Origin: Eledone cirrhosa
Taxonomy: Eukaryota
Assembly: GCA_964016885.1 (NCBI GenBank)
Contig: OZ024741.1
Coordinates: forward strand, 91,202,001 to 91,266,000
Length of the DNA: 64,000 nucleotides
Direction: 5' to 3'
Shown here: one piece after another, positions 1 to 12,453 of the stretch
Position numbering within the stretch: position 1 is the first letter of the stretch
How the letters are laid out: each line of letters begins with the position of its first letter
Notes under the pieces: model-generated
Database searches by the model: none
The model's input: the letters and a program-made list of their open reading frames with translations, nothing else
What the model was told of the DNA's origin: nothing
Program-made: the position numbers and the translations under genes

Positions 1-23
1 ATTTATTGTCTAAATTTGAGCTA

Positions 24-101
24 ACTTCCTGAAGAGTCCGGTGCTCTAGATGTCCGATATTATCGGATATCTTAAAATGCGGACGAAACCATGGTAGAGG
101 T
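24..101 (+). ncRNA. Type I hammerhead ribozyme with extended stem II
   Basis: ACTTC-CTGAAGA-GTCCG...CGGAC-GAAA-CCATGG-TA-GAGGT: intact core, stem I ACUUC/GAGGU, palindromic stem III, internal hairpin GATGTCCGATA/TATCGGATATC in stem II. Confidence 0.85.
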
Positions 102-481
102 AACTAAATATGTTCACTTTTCTCCGAGTTTATTTTACACCTAATTCTGTTTAGTTGACTGTATATCTGAGCGATTTATACACGCTGTCGAAATACTCGA
201 TAAATACTCCGTCGCAACCGACGCGAAGGGCTGCTTTCGGTTATTTGTCGGAGATTTCTTCATAGAAGCCTTTATTCTTATAGCTTGGTCTAATTGATTT
301 TTTATATGGTTATTTATGCTAATTGGGAGAGGAAATGGTATATATTTTATCTGGTGATTCTATAGACATGTTTTATGATATATAGCTCTGATTATTTAAT
401 TTATTAACTCTTCATTGAGCCACAAAGTGACCCGTTGCAAAACACACACACACACATATATATATATATATGTATGTAAAC

Positions 482-527
<46 letters not shown>

Positions 528-657
528 GTGAGGCTTTTTTTACAAAATGAAAAATAACCGAGGTGTCCTACACGAGTGAAAGTATAAAGAAAAAAAGATG
601 AAATCGAAAATGCAACTGGAGTCTTATTTTTTTAAAAAATATATATATTTATTTGGT

Positions 658-696
658 TCTTTTACCGGTTTCGCAGTTCTTCTGCTTTTCAAAAGT
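658..696 (-). ncRNA. Hammerhead-like motif with U3-A8 core variant
   Basis: Minus strand CTT-TTGAAAA-GCAG-AAGAA-CTGC-GAAA-CCGG-TA-AAAG; stem II and palindromic stem III are good, stem I is weak. Confidence 0.5.
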
Positions 697-755
697 AGAG
701 TTGAGATGGAGGGTCTGTGGTTTTTCTCACATCTGTATATATATATATGTATGTA

Positions 756-1185
756 TAGTATATTTGGTAATATACCGTATGTTTAATTAAAAACATTTAG
801 AAGACCATACACTATCAGTTTTAAAGCAGTGACTATATCACTTACTTCTTGTCGGCGAAAGAAGGGAAGAAGCTGGTTGGCGTTCATCAGAGCCACGTAC
901 TCCCCTGCTTCCACCGAAAATGATAGAAGCTGGATTCTTATAGAATTCCAGTAATAATCAGGAGCTGATTATACAGAGCGAGTGCCGGTCCAGCAAAATT
1001 AAAAAATTAGGATAGGTGCTCTGGAATAGCGATATATACAATGTATATATAGTGTATTTGGCAACATACCGTATGTTTAATTAAAAACATTTAGAAGACC
1101 ATACGCTATCAGTTTTAAAGTAGTGACTATGTCACTTACTTCTTTTCGGCGAAAGAAGGGAGAGAAGCTGACAGTCTGTTTCACG

Positions 1186-1188
<3 letters not shown>
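756..1188 (-). repeat. About 294-bp tandem unit (1.5 copies) carrying a hammerhead split between the copies
   Basis: 756-875 repeats at 1050-1170. Copy 1 holds CTGATGA (minus strand, 884-890); copy 2 holds GAAACAGACTGTC (minus strand, about 1170-1182). Confidence 0.7.
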
Positions 1189-1224
<36 letters not shown>

Positions 1225-1229
<5 letters not shown>

Positions 1230-1402
1230 ATGATATTAATAAATGGAAACTATATTTATAAAACCATATTTATTATATTATATATAGTTTCCATTTATTA
1301 ATATCATTGATATTATACTCCAGAAAAAAATCTATAGAGTGCTTTGAATCTGTTATAAATAAATTTGTTGAATAACCAACAAATTAAATATCTCTTTGCT
1401 TA
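1225..1402. mobile_element. Minimal foldback of a Hydra-type PLE terminus inserted in (TA)n
   Basis: TCAATGATATTAATAAATGGAAACTATAT is inverted against 1282-1310; the tail matches 30710-30840. Confidence 0.75.
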
Positions 1403-1462
1403 TATATATGTATAATAGTGAAAGAGTGAAGAATAACATGGTCGGCTGTACAAAAACGGTTT

Positions 1463-1574
1463 TATTTAACAATTGTTTCATTGATCAGGTGAGTCTAAAG
1501 GCCGCTAATCACTCGAAATTGCGTCACTACGACCTTAAATACAGTGTGTGTCGCTGATCAAATCATCGAAATAC
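1463..1574 (-). ncRNA. Degenerate hammerhead, same family as 19605-19715
   Basis: Minus strand TATT-TCGATGA-TTTGATCAG...CTGATCAAT-GAAA-CAATTG-TT-AAATA; core altered. Confidence 0.55.
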
Positions 1575-1636
1575 TGGAGGTTGTAACACATGGCATTGGT
1601 ATTTATAGATACATCGGAGAATCAAAACAATAACAT

Positions 1637-1881
1637 ATATATATATATAATTATTTCTCTGTCTGTCTGTCTGTCTGTCTGTCTGTTTCCTATGCATTCT
1701 CAAACGGTTCGACCAAATCAAATCAAATTTTACAAGACCCCGGGAGTGTCAACATGTAATTTTTATTTTCATTTCGATGAAAACAATATAACATTTTATC
1801 TAAAATAATGTTTCTATAGTGAATTAAAGGGCATTTATACCACGAGGACGACGACGTCCCATTTTGTATATGAGAGTGTAT

Positions 1882-1950
<69 letters not shown>

Positions 1951-2107
1951 TTCGTTACGTACGTTAGGCCTCTGAGAATTAAACATACACACACACATCT
2001 ACACATACATATACATATGTGCTGACTGAGTAGTATATGTATGTGAGTGTATGTCAGAGTGTATGTGTGTTTGAGTATACATACATTCTGTGACGACTGA
2101 CATAACG

Positions 2108-2141
<34 letters not shown>

Positions 2142-2615
2142 AAGAGAGAGAGACACACAGAGCCAGAGGCAGAGAGGCAGAGAGGGAGAGAAAGAGAGAG
2201 ATAGGCCGTTATATAGAGAGAGATACAATCACAAACGACTCTTAAAGGCAGAATAAACTGACTAAGAGCTGTGTTTTCATATGATCCATCGAAGAATTAA
2301 AGAAATGATCCTAAGGTCGCGATTGGTAGCATGGATATTACACTTGGCATGTGTTGTTTAGGAGGAAATGTCAGACTTCCACTGATAGAGGGTCCTTCAG
2401 CTTACAGACCATACTAACGAAGCTAAACACTTCAGAAGCAACGTTATGTAGTATATTGCTGCGATCCAGATGACGTCCTTTGGAGCTGAAAAAGATCATA
2501 CTGACTATGGTTATTTCACAACATTTAAGATCCACGGCCAATGTTACTATTTAATCGGCAGTTTACTCACCCAACCTAAAAAGGAAGTTTTATGATTTTT
2601 TACCCCCACCCTCTA

Positions 2616-2650
<35 letters not shown>

Positions 2651-2766
2651 TACACACATTACGGTCTCACCTCATACTGTAAACCAGACAACACATCCAA
2701 TACAGTCGTTTTCTCTTTTATCCGTCTTCTCTTAACTGTTCCCCCTGGCGAAGCCGGGTATCTCAC

Positions 2767-2770
<4 letters not shown>
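1637..2770 (+). mobile_element. Internally deleted Helitron
   Basis: 3' hairpin CCTGGC-GAA-GCCGGG (about 2744-2758) followed by CTAG|T at 2767-2771; Rep-like fragment inside; (TCTG)n near the 5' end, whose position is approximate. Confidence 0.75.
2346..2577 (+). pseudogene. Helitron Rep/helicase N-terminal fragment
   Basis: Manual translation GMCCLGGNVRLP...KHFRSNVM*YIAAIQMTSFG...FTTFKIHGQCYYLIGSLL, the typical Helitron CCxxG(K)V.LP / QMTSFG / FKIxGQxYHxIGSL motifs; one stop and one frameshift. Confidence 0.8.
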
Positions 2771-2816
<46 letters not shown>

Positions 2817-3254
2817 TATGTGTATAGACTCGTAATTCCTGAGGGAGTGGTAGGGGCCATATTAACGCATTTTTAAATCTGGCGGAGCCCATCTCATCAC
2901 CAGAGAAGGGTAGAAAGTAAAACAAACCATTCACCATCAGTAGAAATGTGCCTTATCAAACGCATTAGAAACGACTAACCACCATAGATTCAAATATATA
3001 CACCCAGATGCATACGCACACTAACTCACACATACACATGCATATACACTAACATAATTTCACGTTATGTTCTGTTCTCTCGTAAAACACGCAAGGGCAG
3101 TGTTTAACTATCTCGTTAGACGCTGTGACACCGAATAGACCAGCAGTATTGTCTGTTGTGGGTGAAACTGTGTACGCCATTTCGACAACCGATGGCAATG
3201 GAGTTTCTGTATCTGTTGCCAATTTTGCTGTATATTATACGCACACATATGCAC

Positions 3255-3307
<53 letters not shown>

Positions 3308-3872
3308 CACCACCTATGAGCTGTTGTTGAATTGATTCTGTAACTAATACACGTTCATCGGCGGATTTTCTATCGTGGATTTTGTTATTCAATAGCTTAT
3401 CGATTTTCAGCCTGATATCCAAGTTGATATATTCTTTCTTGTAGTATGATATCACTGCACGCTAGGTGTGTTTAATGATGTACATAAAGTGAACCAGAAA
3501 GAGTATAGTTGACTGGAAACGAAGTCTATTTGTTGTGGTAAATTCAGAGGAAAAGTATACACAAGTACCAAAATACTAGTTGAATCAATAGCTTTATTTC
3601 ACTTCACAAAAGATACAATTGATAATGTTCAATATGATAAATAAAATTGTTAAATCTGTCTCTGTGTGCGCTGAACGGTCACTTCTTTATCGTTGGGATA
3701 AATCCCTTTAAAAAATACAAGGCTTAGTCAAAAGAGAGTGTGTGTGTGACGGCAAAATCTGGTTGTAACCGAATTTTGCGTGATGAGAGAACATGCGAAA
3801 TGCTGCAGACTGGCCAAGCCGAAACCCCAGCTATCCTTTCTAACGATGGTTCGTTAATTAGAACTATTTAAT

Positions 3873-3970
3873 TTGGCGCCGTGCTTCTTCCATAGGCGAG
3901 AGTTATATCTCCAATGTACCCTGGCGCCGTGATTCTTCGATAGGCGAGAGTTATATCTCCAATGTATCCT
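3873..3970. repeat. 48-bp tandem duplication
   Basis: TGGCGCCGTG..TTCTTC.ATAGGCGAGAGTTATATCTCCAATGTA.CC present twice. Confidence 0.85.
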
Positions 3971-4011
3971 GATTTTCGGAAAATCAACTGTGGGAAAAAT
4001 TCCCTCACTAC

Positions 4012-4208
4012 AAAACTATTTATAGTGATCATTCTAAGAAAATGGTCTCTGAAAACTATAGTGATCATTCTAAGAAAATGGTCTCTAAAAACTATAGTGA
4101 TCATTCTAAGAAAATGGTCTCTAAAAACTATAGTGATCATCCTAAGAAAATGGTCTCTAAAAACTATAGTGATCATTCTAAGAAAATGGTCTCTGAAAAC
4201 TATATAGA
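4012..4208. repeat. 36-bp minisatellite, about 5 copies
   Basis: Unit AAAACTATAGTGATCATTCTAAGAAAATGGTCTCT(A/G), head-to-tail, no spacers. Confidence 0.9.
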
Positions 4209-4422
4209 CCATACGTTAACATTATAAATAACTTGATGGAGGAAACAACAATAACAATTTCTGTTGTTCTTTATATACAATATATATATATATTTATATA
4301 TATATATATATGAATGTATGTATAGTATATTTGGCAATATACTGTATATTTAATTATAAACATTTTGAAGACCTTGCGCTATCATTTTAAAGTAGTGACA
4401 TAGTCACATAGCAGGAAGAGGG

Positions 4423-4458
4423 TCTTAATGTTTCGGACGCTAGTCCTTCATCAGAAGA
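4423..4458 (-). ncRNA. Minimal hammerhead in a short repeat (family also at 12083 and 43948)
   Basis: Minus strand TCTT-CTGATGA-A-GGAC-TAGC-GTCC-GAAA-CA-TT-AAGA. Confidence 0.75.
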
Positions 4459-4732
4459 AAGAATGAGAAATAAGATAGATTGAGGGGACGGGGGGGGGGG
4501 GGGAGGGGGGATTGGAAAAAATGTCTTTAGATAAAAATAATAGGTCCATTCATGTTAAGATCTCTTGCAAAACTGTTGGTGCTGGCGTTTTGTGTATGAT
4601 TTATTTTAGAAAATTGGATGATGGAGCGCGTCTACCTGAACTCACCGATATGCAAATTAGGCTGCTGAGCCGTTAATATGCATAAGGAAAGTATATACTT
4701 TCAGACGTTCAACCATCTGGCAGGAAGGTATA

Positions 4733-4773
4733 CGATGCTGACGATAGCTAATAAGCTTGAAACTAGTACATCG
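4733..4773 (+). ncRNA. Type I hammerhead (predicted cleavage after GUA at 4768)
   Basis: CGATG-CTGACGA-TAGC-TAATAA-GCTT-GAAA-CTAG-TA-CATCG. Confidence 0.85.
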
Positions 4774-5176
4774 TGTCAGCGTTGAACAAAAAGGTGACGT
4801 GGTTGCCTAAACACTGTACGGCGTAATTCGGGCTGTTTGTTTGTTTACAATTAAACAAACCGAGCATTATAATAAATGTTCAGTAAACCGATACGTGCAT
4901 ATATATATGTGTGCATGTATGTATATATATATATACATACTACTGTACGTCTGTATACTTATATGTATGTACGTATACATACATACATACTTACATTTAA
5001 GTAAGTGCCGTACTAAGAGTGAGAAATGAAATTTCGTTTCATTCTATTCCATTTATCGTTTTCGGTGCGCCCAGCCGACTGAACTCACTCGATATGAAAA
5101 TTAGGATGCTCAGCCGTTAATATGCATAATGAAAGTATATACTTTCAGACGTTCAACCATCTGGCAGGAAGGTATA

Positions 5177-5217
5177 CGATGCTGACGATAGCTAATAAGC
5201 TTGAAACTAGTACATCG
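5177..5217 (+). ncRNA. Type I hammerhead (predicted cleavage after GUA at 5212)
   Basis: Identical to 4733-4773. Confidence 0.85.
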
Positions 5218-5427
5218 TTCCCGTGTCAGTGTTGAACAAAAAGGTGACGTGGTTGCCTAAACACTGTACGGCGTAATTCGGGCTGTTTGTTTGTTTACAA
5301 ATAAACAAACCGAGCATTATAATAAATGTTCGGTAAACCGATACGTGCATATATATATATGTGTGCATGTATGTATATATATACATACCATACTACTGTA
5401 TGTCTGTATACTTATATGTATGTACGT

Positions 5428-5579
<152 letters not shown>

Positions 5580-5825
5580 TTATTTATAATGCCAATCATT
5601 GTAAGTTTGAATCTGTCATGCAAATATATATATTGTTACATCTGGGGAGGGTCATATTGTTGTAATAATATTGCCAGAAATAATAACAGAACACACTCAC
5701 TGTTTGTTGGTTGGTTTTCGCTTCTGTAACTTTTATATCTCCACTGTTAATTCATTCGGTCCTCAATGTTTATCATTGACTGACCAACGGTCAACAATAC
5801 AAATATAAATACATATATATAGTTT

Positions 5826-5867
5826 AACAAAGTTCTTTCGTTGCACATCTGCAACATCATCAGTGGT
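5826..5867 (-). ncRNA. Hammerhead in the PLE 3' pseudo-LTR
   Basis: Minus strand CA-CTGATGA-T-GTTGCA-GATG-TGCAAC-GAAA-GAAC-TT-TG. Confidence 0.65.
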
Positions 5868-6120
5868 ACTATTATGCTCCGCCTGTTGTATTTTATGTCT
5901 ACGTCATTTTTATTTTATCTGTTTATTTATTTATTTATTTATTTTTGTCTTCTTCTCTGCGCATGCGTTTGCATGTGTGTATAGTGTTTGGTGTGTGTGT
6001 TCGCGTTTGGGTGACTGTGTTTTGGTTATTGTATTCTATCTTAGTTTACTAGCGTGTGTTTATATGTGTTTGTTGCTATTGTGCTTGTGTATATATTTAT
6101 TTATTTATTTATTTATTTAT

Positions 6121-6669
6121 TTATATTTCTCTTAAGTCAGTATTGTTTGTTTGGGTGTTGTTATTCCATTCATTTTTTCTGTTTAGCTTTGGCTTTCTAA
6201 GCTCTATAGCGCTTGCCTCTCTGATTTGCCTACTTACTAGGCCATTTCTATATTTAAATATTATTTTAATTTCTATGTTGTCTATGTTACCGTCATGTTG
6301 TCTGGCGTGTTCGTATAGTACTGAACCGTTTTTTAGTCCCTTTAATTCCCCCGAGTGTTGGTCTATCCTTTCTTCTATGCTTCGAGCTGTCTCGCCTATG
6401 TATGTTGTTGTCATGTTTCTGCAAGTACCCTCTGTACATCTTATGCTATAGACTACATTTCTAGTTTTACAGTTTATCTGGGGGTCTACTTTACATATAA
6501 CATATTTCCTATTAGTACAGTAGGTTTTCTTAAAAGGGTATGTTTTGCTGATCAAGGATGTTATGGTAGTTCCTGGCTTTTCTACCACTTTAATCTTTAA
6601 GTGGGTCTTTCTCATGGCCTTTCTACATTGATTAGCTAATTTCACTCCAGGGGTAGCGTCCACGAACAT
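6121..6669 (-). pseudogene. PLE GIY-YIG endonuclease domain
   Basis: NCKTRNVVYSIRC...YIGETARSIEERIDQH...REASAI..KPKLNRKNE. Confidence 0.9.
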
Positions 6670-7732
6670 GACACTCTGGTATCTCTGGTTGTCGTACCAT
6701 GAGGTGGCTTTCCCTATATTATCTTTAGTCCTATCTAAGCTATTCCATGATTTTACTCCTGTATAATGGGCAAATTCCTTTCATGTCCAGTTCTATGAGG
6801 ATCTTGTACTTCTCCGTATTCTCTGATTCTGTCTCTTTGGTTGTAGCCAGAGAACTGCATGCGGTTGATGAAGTGTTGGATGTGTCTTTCCATTTCTGTT
6901 GGGTCGCACATGCGGGACACGTTCTTCATCACTCGTACAAAGTCTGCGATCAGAATATTAAACTTAGCACTACTGGGCATTGCTGAGTTTTTGAGTATCA
7001 GGTATTTGGAGGCCATGGGTTTAGCGTAGTGTGAGTGGAGAATTTGGGCCGTCTCGTCTATAGTGTTAATCCAGAGTTCCGTGTTTAATGCAGGTAGTAG
7101 TCTATTGTTAGGGTGTTTGGAAGGGTAGTCGATAGTTACAGTTATACTCTGGTGTATGGAATTAGCTATCTGCTGGATGCTTTCCATTGTGCTACGTTCT
7201 AAATCATACTTGTTAGTACTCTTTGTGGGGGTGTCCTTATTACTATATTAATGTTGTCTACGTAACGAGAGTACATGATGACGTCTATGGAGCTCTCATC
7301 AAGGAGATCTTTGAGTCTCCTTTCCCACCATACCATAAAAAGGTTGGGTTGGCAACGTCACCAGCTATGCTGACGCCAATGGCTGCTCCTCATTTTGGGT
7401 GTAGACCTTTTCGTTGAATTTGAATATATGGCCCTTTAGGGTAGTTTTGATACTAGCCTCTATTGCATGCGTGACCATTTTTCTTACCTGATCATTGTTT
7501 TTGGGAGCCCGTATGGCTTTGATCATCCCAATCCACCTTCCCATGTGAGTCTTTTTTGGCATTGAGGTTATGGTGGTGGTGGTGGTGGTGGTGGTGGGGG
7601 GATCTACCTCTTATGGGTCTACTGGGACAGAAACGGCTAAGGTCATGGCTGTCTAGGTACTCGGTGTCGTAGGTAAGTCTAAGTAGGAGATCCAGTTCAT
7701 CTGTGTCGACGTCGCAGAACTCCACCTCACTC

Positions 7733-8269
7733 TCAATGATCATCTCCATACATTTTCCCCACAGCAAAATCAATGTTAATGGATGGGTATAGTGATACAA
7801 TATCCATACTGCCTATTATGTAGTTAGATAGGTTTTTGTTTTTGTTGCACTCATTGATTCTGCTGAGGAGGTCCTCTGTACTGTCACATACATCTGAGGA
7901 CATCTTGATTATGGGGCGTATAACCATTGAGAGGAAGTAGGAGATCCTGTAGTTGCTAGCGACATTGGCTCTGCATACAGGTCTTGTTGGTGGTCCTGTT
8001 GTCGGGTCGTCGACTGTCTTATGGTCTTTGCGGAGCCCATACAAAGGTGGTATATCATTGTTAGACGCCTGGAAGTTGTTGGCAGTGCGTCTGCTTGGCT
8101 TTAGGATGTCGGTCCACATCATCAAGTGAGAGTTGAGGATCTTCTCTCTCCCCTGGTGTGTTTGTTGTGTAATTTCGCTCGTGTTGGTGATGTGGGGTTG
8201 CATAGCCTTGATGTAGTTCGGCATGCTGTCTATCGACATCCTACCAGACTTATCTGTGGGTAGACACAC
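7733..8269 (-). pseudogene. PLE reverse transcriptase N-terminal part
   Basis: DKSG, PPLYGLRKDHK, RPVC, GSMDIVSLYPSI. Confidence 0.9.
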
Positions 8270-8799
8270 TACCTGACCCCCTTGTGCGCTGCTTGAGGCT
8301 AACTAGGCTTTTTACAGGTTTCCTTCCAAGTTGTTGGACCTCTGGTCTGCTTTGTCTCTTAGTATATCGATCTACTATTTGTCTAATCTTTTTCTAGCTA
8401 TGGTGAACTGTGCCTCTGTCCCGTCATCTATTTGTTGTGGTATACAAACCCTTTTATTAAAGGGTCACCTCGTAGGATAAATGTTATTCATCTTATAAGT
8501 TTTGTCAGCTGGGTTGAAGTTTATTTTCTCTAAGGGGGTGTCATTATATCTATCGTCATAATTGTGTGTGTTGCTATTATTGTTATTATGGTTGTTGTTG
8601 TTCCTTCCATTAACATTATTATTATTGTTATGATTGTTAGATGTATTGTTGTTGTTTTCCCTATTATTATTTCTGGCAATATTATTACAACAATATGACC
8701 CTCCCCAAGTATATTAATATTTGTTTCGACACACGATTTCATATCAAAAACCTCGCAAAACAAATTTATCGACGTCAAATATATATATATATATGAATA

Positions 8800-9505
8800 T
8801 AGTAAGCCCAAATCAGAGTAGATTCAAATATCACAGAGATAAAGAGAGAGAATGAGGAGGAGTTGGAGAAATGAGTTGCAAGGGAAATGAAACATGAACT
8901 TCAGCTTAAAATATAGTCTAGAGAGATGAGAAACAAAACGAGGATGTAGTTTATGGAACACCCAAATGTTTTAGAAGTGGACCTTAAGTAGGAGCAATAA
9001 TATTAAGAAAGATATGACCGACACCACATAATTTTGCTTTGCACATTTTGAAATAGGTTTACAAGCATGAATTTTCGGGACATTTTCGTAGCTGTCTCAG
9101 AGGACTAACGGTAGGTACTATATACGGGGGGTTCAATCCTGGTCGAGAGATACATGTTATATTTCTCAGTTTTTATTTTACCACCCATAGAAAAAAACTA
9201 GAAAGGTTTACCAGGAACCCTACACCCGACCAGGCTCGAACTTCAGACCAGGATCATCACCGTCTCTAGTACCTACCAGTAAGCCGCCGAGACAGCTACA
9301 ACATTTTAACGGAAATTAATAATTATAAACCTACTTTCAAAATCGAAGTTAAGAAGTTGTGGTGTCATTCGTGGCTTTCCTAGAGCTATTAGTCATATTT
9401 AGGGTCGACTTGTCAATCTTCTGGCATTTTGGTAACAACTAATTATTCCTATGTATGTTTAACTGTTGAATTAATTTAATTAGATTATTTTAACAAACGA
9501 ATAAT
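8800..9505. repeat. Unclassified ~0.7-kb repeat with a long imperfect internal hairpin (copy 1)
   Basis: Homologous to 18337-19200; 9020-9130 is roughly complementary to 9260-9366. Confidence 0.75.
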
Positions 9506-9549
9506 ATATATATATATATACACAGAGGTATCCACAGTAAGTTGTGGGA

Positions 9550-10483
<934 letters not shown>

Positions 10484-10499
10484 AGTTTTAATATAGATG

Positions 10500-10550
10500 A
10501 GATTCTACAGGACTAGAACTGTTTCATTCATTAGAAATCATCAGGAATCT
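10500..10550 (-). ncRNA. Hammerhead (left arm)
   Basis: Reverse complement of 11016-11066. Confidence 0.75.
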
Positions 10551-11015
10551 GGGTATCAAAAAATAAATATGGTATTTATAGGTCTCTACAAGTGGTAGGA
10601 GAGGGTGGGGAGTTGGATGGGTGCAGGTCATTGGTTGATAGAAAAGGGAATTCATTAAAAGCTAATTCTACAAAGCTATAGTTAATTTTTATTTTTATTT
10701 ATATTTATTTATGTTTTTAGAGTAACAAAGGCAGACAGAATTCTATAAACAGGTTCCGGATGGCATACCATTCCTTGTAGAAACTTATTGACAAGGAATG
10801 GTATGCCATCCGGAACCTGTTTATAGAATTCTGTCTGCCTTTGTTACTCTAAAAACATAAATAAATATAAATAAAAATAAAAATTAACTATAGCTTTGTA
10901 GAATTAGCTTTTAATGAATTCCCTTTTCTATCAACCAATGACCTGCACCCATCCAACTCCCCACCCTCTCCTACTTGTAGAGACCTATAAATACCATATT
11001 TATTTTTTGATACCC

Positions 11016-11066
11016 AGATTCCTGATGATTTCTAATGAATGAAACAGTTCTAGTCCTGTAGAATCT
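11016..11066 (+). ncRNA. Hammerhead (right arm)
   Basis: AGATTC-CTGATGA-TTTC-TAAT-GAAT-GAAA-CAG-TTCTAGTC-CTG-TA-GAATCT. Confidence 0.75.
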
Positions 11067-11182
11067 CATCTATATTAAAACTGTTATACTCTGCTATGTA
11101 TTGAGTACCTTACTTACTGTGGTTACCTCCGATTCAACCCGGAATAACGTATATATATATATATATATATATACATATATAG

Positions 11183-11270
<88 letters not shown>

Positions 11271-11462
11271 ATATATATATTATATATATATAAAAAAAAT
11301 TTCACTCTGCATGGCTGAATACAATAAAAGTAATCTGAGATTTTCGAATATTAATAATAACTTTCGATTTGTTTGTAATTATGCAAACAAGCCTCATTTT
11401 TATAGCCATGTCAATAGAATGAACCCTTCATTCTTGCTCTTCTGTTGGCATGTAAACAGACC

Positions 11463-11504
11463 TGCAGACACTAATGTTTCTGGGTATCACCCTTCATCAG
11501 TATT
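11463..11504 (-). ncRNA. Hammerhead (left arm)
   Basis: Minus strand TA-CTGATGA-AGGGT-GAT-ACCCA-GAAA-CATTAGTG-TC-TGCA. Confidence 0.75.
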
Positions 11505-11762
11505 GCTCACTGTTCAGAACTAGTGAAAATATATGCTATTTTCTAAAATATACAGTGACTGATCGGCCTGATTTGCATATTAGCAAAGTGGCTGATCAGT
11601 CTGCTGATATGCAAATCTGGCTGATCAGTGGATCTGCTAATATGCAGATCTGATTGATCAGCCAGTCTGCTAATATGCAAATCAGGCCGACCAGTCAGTG
11701 TTTATTTTAGAAAATAACATATATTTTCACTAGCTCTGACAGTTGGCAGGTGAACAGTGAGC

Positions 11763-11804
11763 TGTACTGATGAAGGGTGATACCCAGAAACATTAGTGTC
11801 TGCA
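11763..11804 (+). ncRNA. Hammerhead (right arm)
   Basis: TGTA-CTGATGA-AGGGT-GAT-ACCCA-GAAA-CATTAGTG-TC-TGCA. Confidence 0.8.
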
Positions 11805-12082
11805 GGTCTGTTTACATGGCAACACAAGAGCAAGGGTTCATTCTACTGACATTGCTATAAAAATGAGGCTTGTTTCTGTAATTGCAGTACCAGTAATGCA
11901 CTGGGTAATTGCTGGCCTTGTGCCTAAAGTAGAAACAATTATTAATATTCGAAAAACTCAGATTACATTTATTATATATATATATATATGTGTATGTATA
12001 AGGTAAACAGAATTAAGAACACAATCGGTACAGTATATGGAAGGTATATATTAGGTTACCGCTTGATATAGCTGGAAGAGGG

Positions 12083-12118
12083 TCTTAACGTTTCTGACGC
12101 TAGTACTTCATCAGAAAA
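12083..12118 (-). ncRNA. Hammerhead with mutated stem II, in short repeat 11990-12215
   Basis: Minus strand CTGATGA-AGTAC-TAGC-GTCA-GAAA-CG-TT-AAGA; homologous to 43948. Confidence 0.6.
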
Positions 12119-12453
12119 AAGAATGAGAAATAAGATAGATTAAGGGGACGGGCGAGATGAAATTGGAAAAAATGTTTTTAGATTAAAATAACAGGTCCAT
12201 TCATGTTGATCAAATTAATGTATATATATATATATATATATATGATAATAATGGAGCTGCGGCGCTGCAAATGGGTTACATATGAAAAAGTTTGTCCTCA
12301 TCAGTGGCCTTCCAACCGTCGTAGGCATTTCGTCGCATTAAAGGCCATATACCTCAGGTTGGTGCGAGCAACGGCTAAAAAAGTCGTTGGGACACGTAAA
12401 TAAGGGGGACGCTAGGGTAAACAAACAAAATGGTTTAAAAACCATTTTGTTTG

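Larger units (their letters stand above)
5636..8712 (-). mobile_element. Degenerate Penelope-like retroelement (Neptune-like), RT + GIY-YIG, with inverted 5' terminal piece
   Basis: ORF fragments with PTDKSG, LYGLRKDHK..PTRPVC, MDIVSLYPSI, RYVDD (about 7250-7270), a Cys linker and NVVYSIRC..YIGETARS; 5643-5685 is inverted at 8666-8708; several frameshifts. Confidence 0.9.
10484..11150. mobile_element. Non-coding foldback element with ~295-bp arms, a hammerhead on each strand and a one-sided tail
   Basis: 10484-10778 is the reverse complement of 10791-11082 (one 3-nt indel, 12-nt loop); tail 11083-11150; (TA)n on both flanks. Confidence 0.9.
11320..11975. mobile_element. Non-coding foldback element, diverged arms, hammerhead on each strand
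   Basis: 11322-11585 is complementary to 11668-11974; centre made of GCTGATCAG/ATGCAAATC subrepeats; a SINE 3' piece is inserted at about 11887-11940. Confidence 0.85.

Noticed and set aside
4012-4208. 36-bp repeats resembling a CRISPR array in unit length
   Set aside because: Units are contiguous with no unique spacers, there are no cas genes and the context is eukaryotic: a minisatellite
3531-4260. Possible solo LTR (TGTTG start, minus-strand AATAAA)
   Set aside because: No matching end with TSD found
12260-12360. Minus-strand CTGATGAGGAC with a nearby GACGAAA
   Set aside because: Order and stems do not give a consistent hammerhead fold
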